Below are positions 28,477-38,280 of a stretch of 64,000 bases of DNA, piece after piece. Where the stretch lies: positions 16,116 to 80,115 of the forward strand of contig JAZQOV010000006.1 of the NCBI GenBank assembly GCA_045628045.1. Reading direction: 5' to 3'. The notes under the pieces were generated by a model. The model was given only the letters and a program-made list of their open reading frames with translations. It searched no databases and was not told where the DNA came from. Numbering within the stretch: position 1 is the first letter of the stretch; each line of letters opens with the position of its first letter. This DNA is from Bacilli bacterium. Lineage in GTDB: Bacteria; Bacillota_I; Bacilli_A; RFN20; CAG-826. A program made the position numbers and the translations under genes.

Positions 28477-31400
28477 TTATTCGTCTGATAAATCAACCGC
28501 GTGATAGTTGATTGATGGAGCACCACCATTAATTGAAAGTTCATAATAGAATTCATAGCAGAATTCAAAATTAAGTCTTGATTCAATAAATGGATTTTTG
28601 TGCCATTCGTCTTTATCTGAATCTTTGAAGCCATTTTGTTCTTTAATTGCTTCATTGACTTCTTGAGCCTTTTCTTTTGTTACAGTAATAATCACTTCGT
28701 GATTATCCTTATCATAAACGATGTTTCCATCGCCTTTTTCAGCAAGGGTAATATTTCCTCTTCCAACAACATAAACATCGAATCTATTAGCGTCAAATTC
28801 AGCTTTCTTACCTTCAACATTGGATTCAGCAAAATCAACATTGAGTTTAATATTAAATCCTTCGTACATGTTTCCTTGAATATCATTTACACCATGAATT
28901 TCAAAGACACCAGGTTTCATTGGTCTAGTTGCTGCACATAAATTAACTGGTTCAATCTTCTTACCATTTTCAACGATTCCGCCGTGGTCTGCAACTTCCC
29001 AAAGGGCATCAAATGACCATTTTTGTCCATCATAAATGATTGGATTCTTTTCGTCGATTTCAGAGGTATCTGGACCCCAGTTAAGTGTAAAGCTTGAAGA
29101 GTTATCGCTCTTTAAAACTTCCATAAAGTTGAGTGGGTTGTAAGTATTTCCGCTAATAGCACCAAAGCCAAGATCGAAACATCCTTGCATCATCCAGACG
29201 TTGTAAACGTCTTCCCAGTTAGTAACTGCGTCTTGTTCAACTTTAAGTTTTACTTTACCACCGCAAACAGCGTCATCGTTAAATGCAGTTTCGAAATATG
29301 ATTTAATATCTTCACCATATTCTTTAATATCTGTTTGATACATCCATCTAATGTGGATTGTAATTGTGGTTGGATCAGCTTTGCTCTTGCCTAAAACAAT
29401 TTTTCCTTCTTTTGAAAGTTGTTGTACTGCATTTCTGAAGCAGTCAACAGCTTTATCATAGTTATAACCGAAGTTTTCGGCATAACCTGCAACAGCGTCT
29501 TTATGAGCTTGATATTCGTTGTAGCTCTTACCACCATCTTTATTTCTCATTTGATATGCATCTGAGAAGTAGTTTGTTGATGGAACAACGCCACGTTTTT
29601 CAGCGAATTGATATCTATCAATTGAGTAGAATAAACCATCAAGGAAGTCTTGATTTGACATCCATGGTTTAATATCCCAAGTTTGGTTTGCTGGCCATTT
29701 GCCTTGTGGGCCAAATGTTTCGTCCCATTGTTTTTGAGTCATTGAGTTAACATTTAATTTAAATGTTGAGTCACCTTTTGTCTCATAAACACCTGGTTTT
29801 CCTCTCCATTCTTGTGTCTTTTTACTTGGAACACCAGCGGAGTCAAGGTTACCAGCTTCAAGTTGTTTCCAGTTCTTTTCTGTGTCTGTTGAAGTATCAA
29901 TAACACGGTAGTCAATACCTGGAATGTGATAACGTTCACCAACTTCGAACCAGTTATCATTTCTTGTGAAAATAATTTCTGAATTCTTCTTCCAATTTGT
30001 AAGTGTAAATGGACCTACACAAAGTGTATAGTCAAGAATTGCATCATCATTTTCGTTATTGAAAGTACCATAAATCTTAATGGAATCTTTCATTGTAGAC
30101 TTAATTGCCTTTTCACCCATGAATAAGTCTTCTGGGAGAGGTGAGGTTAAGCTACTTGAAAGTGTGTACATAGCAGTAAATTCATCAATTGGGTTGATTA
30201 ATTCAATATCCAAATAATCAAGATTATTTGTGTCATCGTGACCTTTTTGAATACCTAATTTAGAATTACCATTTGCGTCAACTTTAGTAAATTCTTCCCA
30301 TTTCTTATTGATTTCTTCTTTAGAAGTCATTGATTTGGTTTCATTAAAGTAACGTTGTGCACCTTTAATACCATAAGAAGAATCGTTAGCCATTTCAGTA
30401 CCACGAATAATGTTATTTGATCCTGTTAAAAGGAGTTTATAAGCAAATTCGTAGTCATCAATTGTAATGCCTCTATTGTTAAAGCCTTGTCCTTGGAGTT
30501 TGCTTGATGCAGTTGTGTATTTTAAATTTGCACCATTAACACCATCGGTTTTAACGTAAATTCTCCATTTTTTATAAAGTTGAGTTGCGGAATATTCCAT
30601 CGGAATAGGTGCGTCATTAACTTTCTTTTCTGAATAACCAGTCATTTCACCTTTTTCGTTAAATTGTGGTGCTTTGACTTCGTCAGCAGCTAAACATGGA
30701 TACCAAACATATGAAGTTTTACCTTCAAGTTTTGTTCCCCAATAAGTTGAAGTAATATAACTTGCAAGATCACTTACTTGTGAACCAGTAGCACTGTATT
30801 GGTTAATCTTAAGTGAGTCTTGAGCAATTGATTCATGTAAGAATGTTGGATTTTTCTTTCCTTCATCTCCGGGAAGAGTTCCGTTTAATTTGCCTTCGGC
30901 AAGTAATCCGAAACCATAGCCTTGAATGTATTCACCATCGGTTGGAAGTTCAACACGATCGCTATATCTAACAAGTCCACCATTATCAAAAAGTGTGATA
31001 CCTGTTAAATGTGTATCCATTGCATATTTTTCAAGCTTTCCTAAGATTTCTGCACGTTTGTTGAGTTCTTCTGTTGTTGTACCACCAGAATAGTTTTGTC
31101 CACCAGTGAACTTTTCAGCATCTTCAACAATCAAAATAGATTTCTTTAAAGCTTTTGTTTCATCTGACTTAGTTTCGGTAACTCTAAAGTTAACTGTACC
31201 AGTTGATTTTGGAGAAATCTTACCGTTTTCATCAATTGTTGCTACTTTTGGATTTGTGGATTCAAAAGTATATGTTCTTCCGGCTGTATCAATACCATTG
31301 TCAAAAACTTGAACACTTTCATTTGTTGAGCTTAATGAAATGATTGATGCGCCTGATTTCATTCCAACTGAAAATGAGAAGTAAACTTTTTCTTCACTTG

Positions 31401-31500
31401 GATTATCTGATGTACCAGGATTACAGCCAACAAGGTTAGTTGCACCAAAAGCAACAAGTGCTAAAGCAACTGAATTAGTAATTAATTTTCTTTTACTCAT
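28477..31500 (-). CDS. oppA: Oversized OppA-like (family 5) substrate-binding lipoprotein with an N-terminal Big_2-like domain
   Basis: 1007 aa with lipobox NLVG-C. Big_2-like segment NPKVATIDENGKISPKSTGTVNFRV. SBP_bac_5-like blocks include FTLTNWKKNSEIIFTRNDNWF. It sits in the opp locus. Confidence 0.75.
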   Translation of the reverse strand: MSKRKLITNSVALALVAFGATNLVGCNPGTSDNPSEEKVYFSFSVGMKSGASIISLSSTNESVQVFDNGIDTAGRTYTFESTNPKVATIDENGKISPKSTGTVNFRVTETKSDETKALKKSILIVEDAEKFTGGQNYSGGTTTEELNKRAEILGKLEKYAMDTHLTGITLFDNGGLVRYSDRVELPTDGEYIQGYGFGLLAEGKLNGTLPGDEGKKNPTFLHESIAQDSLKINQYSATGSQVSDLASYITSTYWGTKLEGKTSYVWYPCLAADEVKAPQFNEKGEMTGYSEKKVNDAPIPMEYSATQLYKKWRIYVKTDGVNGANLKYTTASSKLQGQGFNNRGITIDDYEFAYKLLLTGSNNIIRGTEMANDSSYGIKGAQRYFNETKSMTSKEEINKKWEEFTKVDANGNSKLGIQKGHDDTNNLDYLDIELINPIDEFTAMYTLSSSLTSPLPEDLFMGEKAIKSTMKDSIKIYGTFNNENDDAILDYTLCVGPFTLTNWKKNSEIIFTRNDNWFEVGERYHIPGIDYRVIDTSTDTEKNWKQLEAGNLDSAGVPSKKTQEWRGKPGVYETKGDSTFKLNVNSMTQKQWDETFGPQGKWPANQTWDIKPWMSNQDFLDGLFYSIDRYQFAEKRGVVPSTNYFSDAYQMRNKDGGKSYNEYQAHKDAVAGYAENFGYNYDKAVDCFRNAVQQLSKEGKIVLGKSKADPTTITIHIRWMYQTDIKEYGEDIKSYFETAFNDDAVCGGKVKLKVEQDAVTNWEDVYNVWMMQGCFDLGFGAISGNTYNPLNFMEVLKSDNSSSFTLNWGPDTSEIDEKNPIIYDGQKWSFDALWEVADHGGIVENGKKIEPVNLCAATRPMKPGVFEIHGVNDIQGNMYEGFNIKLNVDFAESNVEGKKAEFDANRFDVYVVGRGNITLAEKGDGNIVYDKDNHEVIITVTKEKAQEVNEAIKEQNGFKDSDKDEWHKNPFIESRLNFEFCYEFYYELSINGGAPSINYHAVDLSDE

Positions 31501-31518
31501 TTTTATTTCCTCCTAACA

Positions 31519-34500
31519 TTAGAATTTAAGCCATGAGAATAAATTCCCAAATATATTCATGAAGAATTCAGCAATTACTACTAATAGGCTCTTCTTCATA
31601 GAAGAAGCTTTTGATTTTTCTTTACCAGTAGTAACTGTAACATCGTACATTGTAGTGAATTCTTTTTCTTCACCATTTTCATCAACTCTGATGTATGTGA
31701 CTTTATTGTTCTCAAACTTAAAGTCATCATTAATGGTGAATTCTGAACCTTGTGCTATTTCAAAGTCACTATAACTTCCATTAAAGTGACAAATTGCTGT
31801 GGTTTCTCCACGTGCGTAATCAACTACTTTAATAAATACACGTGAATCTGAGAATGATGTTTTAGCAGATGAAGAAGCTGCTGCTTCCATGATTGATTTC
31901 TCAAATTCTGAAACATACATCTTTCTTTGTGAATCATACTTAACATCGACCATCGTACTTCCTACAATCGCGTACGCGCATTTAGTTTCCTTATATGTTA
32001 AGCGAATCATATCTTTACCATTTTGGCTAAATTGTTCGATGGTTTCGATAACTGGTGATTCACTATCGATGTGAAGTGTGTATGCTTTTGAAACCCAAGC
32101 ACCTGTGGAGGCTAATTGGTAATTGAACTTAAGTTCGTATTCTCCACTTGGGAAGGCCTCTTTTGTTTTAATATCGTAAAGAGGAATTAAGGCAAGTGCT
32201 CTATGAGCAATATATCCTGCGCCAAGATAATCAGCATCAACATGTGATTTATAAAGTGCATATTTACCAGCAGTGTCACCGAATAAGCTATCTTCGAGAG
32301 CGTTACGGTAAACTTCAATGCCGTTTGCCTTATTTGTGATTGTGAAATAGTTATCTTTAACAGATCTATACACGAATTGTTGAACAATTAATGTATTTGT
32401 TTTTGATGGGTTGCCAAGATAAATATTTTCTTTTGGATTATCTGATAAATCGCTTGAATATGGATCTGGAACTGTTGCAACTTCGTGGAATCCTGCGAAA
32501 TTCTTAATGTTATTATCATTTGTGATAACGCCATTCATATTTACGTTTTGGAGGTTCTTTGCGTAACCTGCAACCATGAGTGAGCCCATGTCAGCGTTAT
32601 CTTTACCAAGAAGTGATTTTGCAATGTCGTTGATGAGGTCACTACCGTAGATAGTGTTTTCTTCTTTCTCAAATGAGAAAGGTTCAACAACTGGAGCACT
32701 TGAATATGAAGCGCCATCAATTCTATCGCTTAATGAGTAGAAACCCATGTAAGGGATGGAAAGATCAATGTAGCCATCAATTGATTCAAGTGAAACATAA
32801 CCTTCAAGATAAGTTCCGCCTTTGTAAAGTTCAGCGATTTTGTCCTTTTGTTCTTTGGTAAGTTCATATGATTTTAAGCTAACAGCTGTTTCGCCATTTG
32901 CTTTTAATGTAACTTGACCACAATCAACTGAGGCGATTTCGATATCTTTAATTGATTGATATTCGCTACTTGGAACTTCTTTCCAAACATATTTTCCAGA
33001 AGTGTTATCACAATAATATAAACCTTCTTTGAGAACACCTTGTGGATCTTCTGCTAAATATTGTGATTCGTTTTCGAAGTATTCAATATCTTTAGATACT
33101 TTGATGACATCTTTATAGTTTGCAGTGCCATCTGCTTCGATAATCTTTTCTTCTTCTGGTGAATAGAATACGAAACCTGGAATTGATTTGACTGAGTCAA
33201 CTTCAACAGGAGTTCCGTAGTCACTTGTAAGAACTTTGTTGCTATAAGCAACAGCTGGTCTCATAACGTTGTATTTAACATTATAAGTTCTAGCAGTGCT
33301 TGATTCGTTATGACCAATAAAGCTTAATGAAATTTTTCCTTTTGAAACATCATCTGAGTTTCTAAGTAAGATTTTGGCTTTATTAAGTCTTGTGCCATCA
33401 ATGTCCATACCTTCAAGATAAACATCTGTGTTATAGGCACCTTCTAAGTTAACAAGACCTGCACCTTGCATACGTGGTGAGGTAAGTGAAACTTCATTAT
33501 TTTCATCATTAGCATTGCTATCATGCATTGGAATAGCAGTTGACATCATCTTCATGTCAATTGTTTTTCTTGCTTCGGCAATAACTTTAGAAGCATTCTT
33601 GTCTGATAAATTTAATTCACTTGTTGTTTTTGATAAAACAAGAGCCATTGCACCTTCAAAGTTTGGTGCAGCCATTGAGGTACCATTAAGGTACTCATAT
33701 GCGCTATATGGTGTTTTCTTTTCTTGTTTATTTTGTGGCCAGACAGCACCTTTAATATTGCTACCTGGAGTTGTAATTTCTGGTTTCAAATCAAGATCAT
33801 AAGTTGCACCATCAGTTGAGAAGTCACTAATTGTACGTGATAAAACGTTTTCAGATGCAGTATTTCTCTTAATTTTGAGTTTTCCTTGTGGTTTTGCTTC
33901 AAACATTGGTTTATCTTTGAAAAGTGCAAGTGCGATTGGGAATCCAATTGATTTTGCACTATCACCAAAGTCACAAGTAAATGTAAAGTCTTGTTCGGTT
34001 GGGTCATTATTAATAATGACTAAAGCTTTAGCACCATGGTTATCAGCCGTTTCGTATTTTTCTGAGAAGTTGATTTTACCACGATTGAGAACAACTATTT
34101 TTCCGGATACATCAAGGTTTTTGTAATCTTTTTCTTCACCGAAACCTTTAACATAGACATAGTCTAATTCAATTTCTTGCTCTTCAGCAGTTGGTTCAAA
34201 TCCTTCTTCATCAGGATCGATAACACCGCCATTAATAAGTTCAAGGAATCTATGTTCGTTATCTGGATAAGTAGCAGCTTGTCCTTCTCTATTGACGATT
34301 TGATCAAGATAAGGAACAACTGCGCCATCTAAATCGAATGAATCAGCATAGAATGTTTTTGTTGGTTGTCCAGCAGCAACTGTCATTGTTGAGGCATTAT
34401 TTGCGAAAGAACCCATAACACCAGTTTCAACAATGTCTTTTGTCCAGTTGGCATAGCCACCTGTAAATGCATAAGACATTTTTCCGCCGTTACCTGCAGC

Positions 34501-35613
34501 AATAGCAGATAAAATACCAGCGTCTGAAATCTTTTGAAGTGTTCTTTGGGAAATTGTGCCTTTTTCAAAGTCTGATAAATCAGAACCAATTGAAACGTTG
34601 ATCGCATCAACACCAATTGTGATACAGTCTTCAAGAGCTTTAATAAATGCAAGTTCACTGAATGATCCATATTCACCAAGGTTGCCAGCTTCGCTGACTG
34701 GGGTTTTATGGACGTCTGTGAAGACTTTCATTAAGACTAATTGTGCTTTTGGAGCGATACCTTTGTATGTTTCAGCATTTCCTGCTGCAATTGATGCAAC
34801 GTGAGATCCGTGAAGATCAACTGTTGATTCAACATTGAAATCACTCGGAACATCAACTGTTACACGGTCATAAGTATCACCAGCGTAGTCATAATAGAAT
34901 GGAACTTTATTGTTGAAATAGAATGATCCTTCCTTTCCAGCGCCATTAACCATTCCACCATTTTTAACTGCTTCCTTATAGGCATTTGTTTTGGTGAGGT
35001 TATTCTTAACATTCAAGTAAGATAATCTTTCCTTTGTGCCTGATGGAAGAGGGCTAAATGTTTCGTGGTTGTAGGCAGGATAGGTAACTCCGTCTTCAAC
35101 GTGTTCGCCTCTTAAATAGAATTCGTTGTCGAGGACTGCAATTAATGTACCTTCGCCTTCAGCAGTTCCGCTTGGCTTATTCATTGTTGTGGCAGAGACG
35201 TTTTCTTCTTCGCCTTGAATTTCACCTTCGCGTTTTTTAAGGTCTAATGAGATCATCTCACCACGAGTTTTCTTAACGATGTGTTGTCCGTTAACTGTAA
35301 CGTACTTAACACCAGGAATTGCTTTGATGGCTTCAACATCTTCTTTGTTTGCAGAGACAACGACTGCGTTATTCAAAAGTGTAAGATTGTCACTTTGGAT
35401 AGCGTTTTTGTTAACACTGTGTTTAATTTTTTCAAATACAGCGTTTTGTTGTTTGATAGCTTTCTCAGTTGAGATAGTGTCAATATCATCTTCAAGCTCA
35501 ATGATGAGTTTTGCATCAATTGGTTTTGATTCAAATGATTTTTGCTTGAGAGAGTTAACACCGCTAACTGACATAGCTGCAATTACACCGCAGAGTAATC
35601 CAACTTTTAGCAT
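31519..35613 (-). CDS. Subtilisin-family (S8) cell-envelope protease with a PA domain and a C-terminal hydrophobic anchor
   Basis: Catalytic triad blocks GTLIAVLDNEF (Asp), DLHGSHVASIAAG (His) and NGTSMAAPNFEG (Ser). PA-like insert KIVVLNRGKINFSEKYETADNHGAKALVIINN. The C-terminus LLVVIAEFFMNIFGNLFSWLKF has no LPXTG motif. The start is set at ATG 35613 (GGAGG 7 nt upstream); the ORF track starts at 35685. Confidence 0.85.
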   Translation of the reverse strand: MLKVGLLCGVIAAMSVSGVNSLKQKSFESKPIDAKLIIELEDDIDTISTEKAIKQQNAVFEKIKHSVNKNAIQSDNLTLLNNAVVVSANKEDVEAIKAIPGVKYVTVNGQHIVKKTRGEMISLDLKKREGEIQGEEENVSATTMNKPSGTAEGEGTLIAVLDNEFYLRGEHVEDGVTYPAYNHETFSPLPSGTKERLSYLNVKNNLTKTNAYKEAVKNGGMVNGAGKEGSFYFNNKVPFYYDYAGDTYDRVTVDVPSDFNVESTVDLHGSHVASIAAGNAETYKGIAPKAQLVLMKVFTDVHKTPVSEAGNLGEYGSFSELAFIKALEDCITIGVDAINVSIGSDLSDFEKGTISQRTLQKISDAGILSAIAAGNGGKMSYAFTGGYANWTKDIVETGVMGSFANNASTMTVAAGQPTKTFYADSFDLDGAVVPYLDQIVNREGQAATYPDNEHRFLELINGGVIDPDEEGFEPTAEEQEIELDYVYVKGFGEEKDYKNLDVSGKIVVLNRGKINFSEKYETADNHGAKALVIINNDPTEQDFTFTCDFGDSAKSIGFPIALALFKDKPMFEAKPQGKLKIKRNTASENVLSRTISDFSTDGATYDLDLKPEITTPGSNIKGAVWPQNKQEKKTPYSAYEYLNGTSMAAPNFEGAMALVLSKTTSELNLSDKNASKVIAEARKTIDMKMMSTAIPMHDSNANDENNEVSLTSPRMQGAGLVNLEGAYNTDVYLEGMDIDGTRLNKAKILLRNSDDVSKGKISLSFIGHNESSTARTYNVKYNVMRPAVAYSNKVLTSDYGTPVEVDSVKSIPGFVFYSPEEEKIIEADGTANYKDVIKVSKDIEYFENESQYLAEDPQGVLKEGLYYCDNTSGKYVWKEVPSSEYQSIKDIEIASVDCGQVTLKANGETAVSLKSYELTKEQKDKIAELYKGGTYLEGYVSLESIDGYIDLSIPYMGFYSLSDRIDGASYSSAPVVEPFSFEKEENTIYGSDLINDIAKSLLGKDNADMGSLMVAGYAKNLQNVNMNGVITNDNNIKNFAGFHEVATVPDPYSSDLSDNPKENIYLGNPSKTNTLIVQQFVYRSVKDNYFTITNKANGIEVYRNALEDSLFGDTAGKYALYKSHVDADYLGAGYIAHRALALIPLYDIKTKEAFPSGEYELKFNYQLASTGAWVSKAYTLHIDSESPVIETIEQFSQNGKDMIRLTYKETKCAYAIVGSTMVDVKYDSQRKMYVSEFEKSIMEAAASSSAKTSFSDSRVFIKVVDYARGETTAICHFNGSYSDFEIAQGSEFTINDDFKFENNKVTYIRVDENGEEKEFTTMYDVTVTTGKEKSKASSMKKSLLVVIAEFFMNIFGNLFSWLKF

Positions 35614-35728
35614 ATCTTGTCCTCCTTTTTTATTTTTCTTTTGAAAAATCGTGTATATATTATACTCGTGTGTGTAGAAATGCAATAATAATTTATTTTT
35701 TTCTTTGAAAAAAGGAAATTATTGCAAT

Positions 35729-35754
35729 AAAAAAGGACTCAAATAATGAGTCCT
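35729..35754 (-). terminator. Terminator after the 600-aa lipoprotein gene
   Basis: Minus strand reads AGGACTC-ATTATTT-GAGTCCT followed by TTTTTT. Confidence 0.6.
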
Positions 35755-35778
35755 TATATTTGTAATAACAAATATGTA

Positions 35779-37581
35779 TTAGTAATTTACAACAACACCG
35801 TTTGGAATTTTAGTAATGCCGAAATTGTTGAATGTGACTGACATAATGTAGTCAACTTCTGCACCGGTTTCAGATTCATCTTCCCAAACAAATGAGAGTG
35901 ATAATTCTGTTAATTTTCCATTTGCATCAACAGTTGCTTTTCCTTCAACGGTTAAATAACGATCTAGTGGAACGGTTCCACCATTTAAAATAAGATCAGC
36001 AGTGTGATAGAAGTTGTTGTATTGAGCAAGATATTCGAGATCATCTTCGATTTCTTCATCAATTGCTTCTGGTGTAGGAAGAGCTTCCATAAATAAGCTT
36101 TGGAATAATCCTTCTGCAGTTGCTGCACAGAAACTGAATGAGTAAACATTCTTTGCGAATGAATATGAGTTAACGAATGCTGATGCAAGAACTGAGTCTT
36201 CGCTTTCGCCAGTAGTCATAAATGCATAGTTAGCTTTTTCGCCACGTAATTCTTCATCAAAAATTGAACTTGCCTCTGATACTTTAAATGCGTCGTGATT
36301 TTCGCCTTCGTAAATGTAAACGCCATCTTTAGAAACTAAGCCATATGAATGTGCTGCGTCTTCATTTTCGACATAAGTTTGTGTTGGGGTAACATATGCT
36401 TTAATTGAACCAATTTTGTTAAGGTAATGATTAATCATTGAACCTAAACCTTCAGCACCTTCATAAACAAATGGATTGCTTCCTAATGCTGTACGTTGTC
36501 CTCTTGAATTAACTGCGAACCAGTCTGCACTATAAGTGACTGTGAAATTGTGTTCACCTAAAGCAGCATCGATAATAGAAATAAGATTACTAATATCTTT
36601 TCCAGAAGGTTTACTTTCTGCGAAATATTCTGCTAATTCTGGTGCAGCATAGCTTTCTTCGCTGAAATCGAAAATAACAAGATCAAATATACCTTCTTCG
36701 AATTCACCTGTTTCATCATTAATAAAATTAATGAATAGATAAGCATCCCAGACAGGATTTTTGTTCCCTGCATCATCGATCAAATAGTCTGTTTCGAATT
36801 CGACTCTTGTTGGGTAGTAGTCATATTGTGCAAGTAAATCTAATGAATAACCAAAAACACCTTCGACAAATTTTTCTACTGATTCTTGGTCATCGCAAAC
36901 AAGGGATTCATATGCAGGATATGTTTTTCCGCTTACAACTTCTTCTGGAACATAAACACATTTAATGTCTTCAGATTTAAACATGAATGGAAGTGAATAT
37001 TCACTTAAATTTTCAGGTTCATAACCAGTGAGTTGATATTCGATTGGGTTTTCTTCATCTTCAGTTAATGCGAATTGGTAAACTTGTCCATCAATATCAA
37101 CATAACCGACTCCTTCGAACCACTCAATAAAGAAATTCTCGGCATAGTTGTAATAAGTCTCTAAATATTGCCAGTTTTGATCAAGCATGTAGGCAGTATA
37201 TTTATAGCCGATATCTTTTGTAGCTTCTGCAAAGTCTACATATTCTTGAGAAACAATGTTAACAGTGCCTTCTTTGGTTAAATCTCCAAAGTGAACTGTA
37301 AACTTAACTTCTCCAGAATGGGAAGCACTAATAGATTGTCTTGATGCATCTGTGTAACTTGCGAAATCTTCTTCAAATGTTACATAGAAACTTTCCTTTC
37401 CGCCTTCGCATGTGACGAATTGTTTAAAATCAACTTTTTCTCCAACTACGAAATTAGGAATTTCTGCAATACTGATGCTTTTTTCAACAGCAGGTGTTTT
37501 TTCACCATTATTGCAACCAATTAGACAACCTGTTAGTAACACGCATGACAACAAAGTTGTTATACCTAATGATTTTTTCAT
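35779..37581 (-). CDS. Acidic lipoprotein, function unknown
   Basis: 600 aa with lipobox LLTG-C. Very Glu/Asp-rich. A TTGACA-N16-TATAAT promoter and a GGAG RBS lie upstream. Confidence 0.6.
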   Translation of the reverse strand: MKKSLGITTLLSCVLLTGCLIGCNNGEKTPAVEKSISIAEIPNFVVGEKVDFKQFVTCEGGKESFYVTFEEDFASYTDASRQSISASHSGEVKFTVHFGDLTKEGTVNIVSQEYVDFAEATKDIGYKYTAYMLDQNWQYLETYYNYAENFFIEWFEGVGYVDIDGQVYQFALTEDEENPIEYQLTGYEPENLSEYSLPFMFKSEDIKCVYVPEEVVSGKTYPAYESLVCDDQESVEKFVEGVFGYSLDLLAQYDYYPTRVEFETDYLIDDAGNKNPVWDAYLFINFINDETGEFEEGIFDLVIFDFSEESYAAPELAEYFAESKPSGKDISNLISIIDAALGEHNFTVTYSADWFAVNSRGQRTALGSNPFVYEGAEGLGSMINHYLNKIGSIKAYVTPTQTYVENEDAAHSYGLVSKDGVYIYEGENHDAFKVSEASSIFDEELRGEKANYAFMTTGESEDSVLASAFVNSYSFAKNVYSFSFCAATAEGLFQSLFMEALPTPEAIDEEIEDDLEYLAQYNNFYHTADLILNGGTVPLDRYLTVEGKATVDANGKLTELSLSFVWEDESETGAEVDYIMSVTFNNFGITKIPNGVVVNY

Positions 37582-37674
37582 ACATTTTCTCCTTTCGTGT
37601 ATAAAAATAATTACGCATATTATACTTGCGTGTGCTCGTGTGTCAAGTTTTAATTTTAGTTAAAAAAACACCAA

Positions 37675-38061
37675 CTACAAGTTGGTGTAAATTGATAAAA
37701 TTATTGTTGCAATCAGGAATAAGCAACCAACAATTGCAATTGCAATGTAATAACGAGATTTAGTTTCTCGTTTCGTGTTTACGTAATTTTTATAGCCTGA
37801 ATAATCATGATACTCGTTAGGTTTTCTACCAAACATTTGACTACCAAGTTGTTTGAAACCATAGGCAAAAATATCAAAGAATCCTTCCCTTGCAATAAAG
37901 ATAAGTAAAGAACTGCTTATCAAGATTATGGCAGCATAACCTGTTCCATCAATTGCTGGACGTTTTAAAATAGGGAAAAATAAACAAAAAATAAGTACAC
38001 CAATAATAATACTTATTATTGATGCAATGATATAAGGTTTCCAGCTAAATCTCTTTTTCAT
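37675..38061 (-). CDS. Small integral membrane protein (possibly DUF3899-like)
   Basis: 128 aa with 3 hydrophobic segments. Shares an ATGA start/stop overlap with the upstream 73-aa ORF. Confidence 0.5.
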   Translation of the reverse strand: MKKRFSWKPYIIASIISIIIGVLIFCLFFPILKRPAIDGTGYAAIILISSSLLIFIAREGFFDIFAYGFKQLGSQMFGRKPNEYHDYSGYKNYVNTKRETKSRYYIAIAIVGCLFLIATIILSIYTNL

Positions 38062-38279
38062 TTATGAATTCTTACCACTTTTTCTTCTTCAATATGAGTG
38101 AAAGTTGTAGGACATTGTCCTGCAATATCAATATCGTAAATTACTTTAGAGTTATCTTCAAGATAAATGTTTGAGATATGACCAAAATAAATGTCGTCTT
38201 TATAGAAAAAATCTACATAGTCATTTATGTGGAATTTCGAATTAATAACAATGTTTGGTTTTCGCTTTTTTAAAAACAT
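38058..38279 (-). CDS. Hypothetical small protein
   Basis: 73-aa ORF packed tightly between the permease and the membrane protein genes. No family recognised. Confidence 0.4.
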   Translation of the reverse strand: MFLKKRKPNIVINSKFHINDYVDFFYKDDIYFGHISNIYLEDNSKVIYDIDIAGQCPTTFTHIEEEKVVRIHK

Positions 38280-38280
38280 A

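Noticed and set aside
35620-35665. A CodY box in the protease leader (ATTTTTCAAAAGAAAAAT)
   Set aside because: It only loosely resembles AATTTTCWGAAAATT, because the centre has 4 nt instead of 1. Such A/T-rich pseudo-palindromes are common in this DNA.
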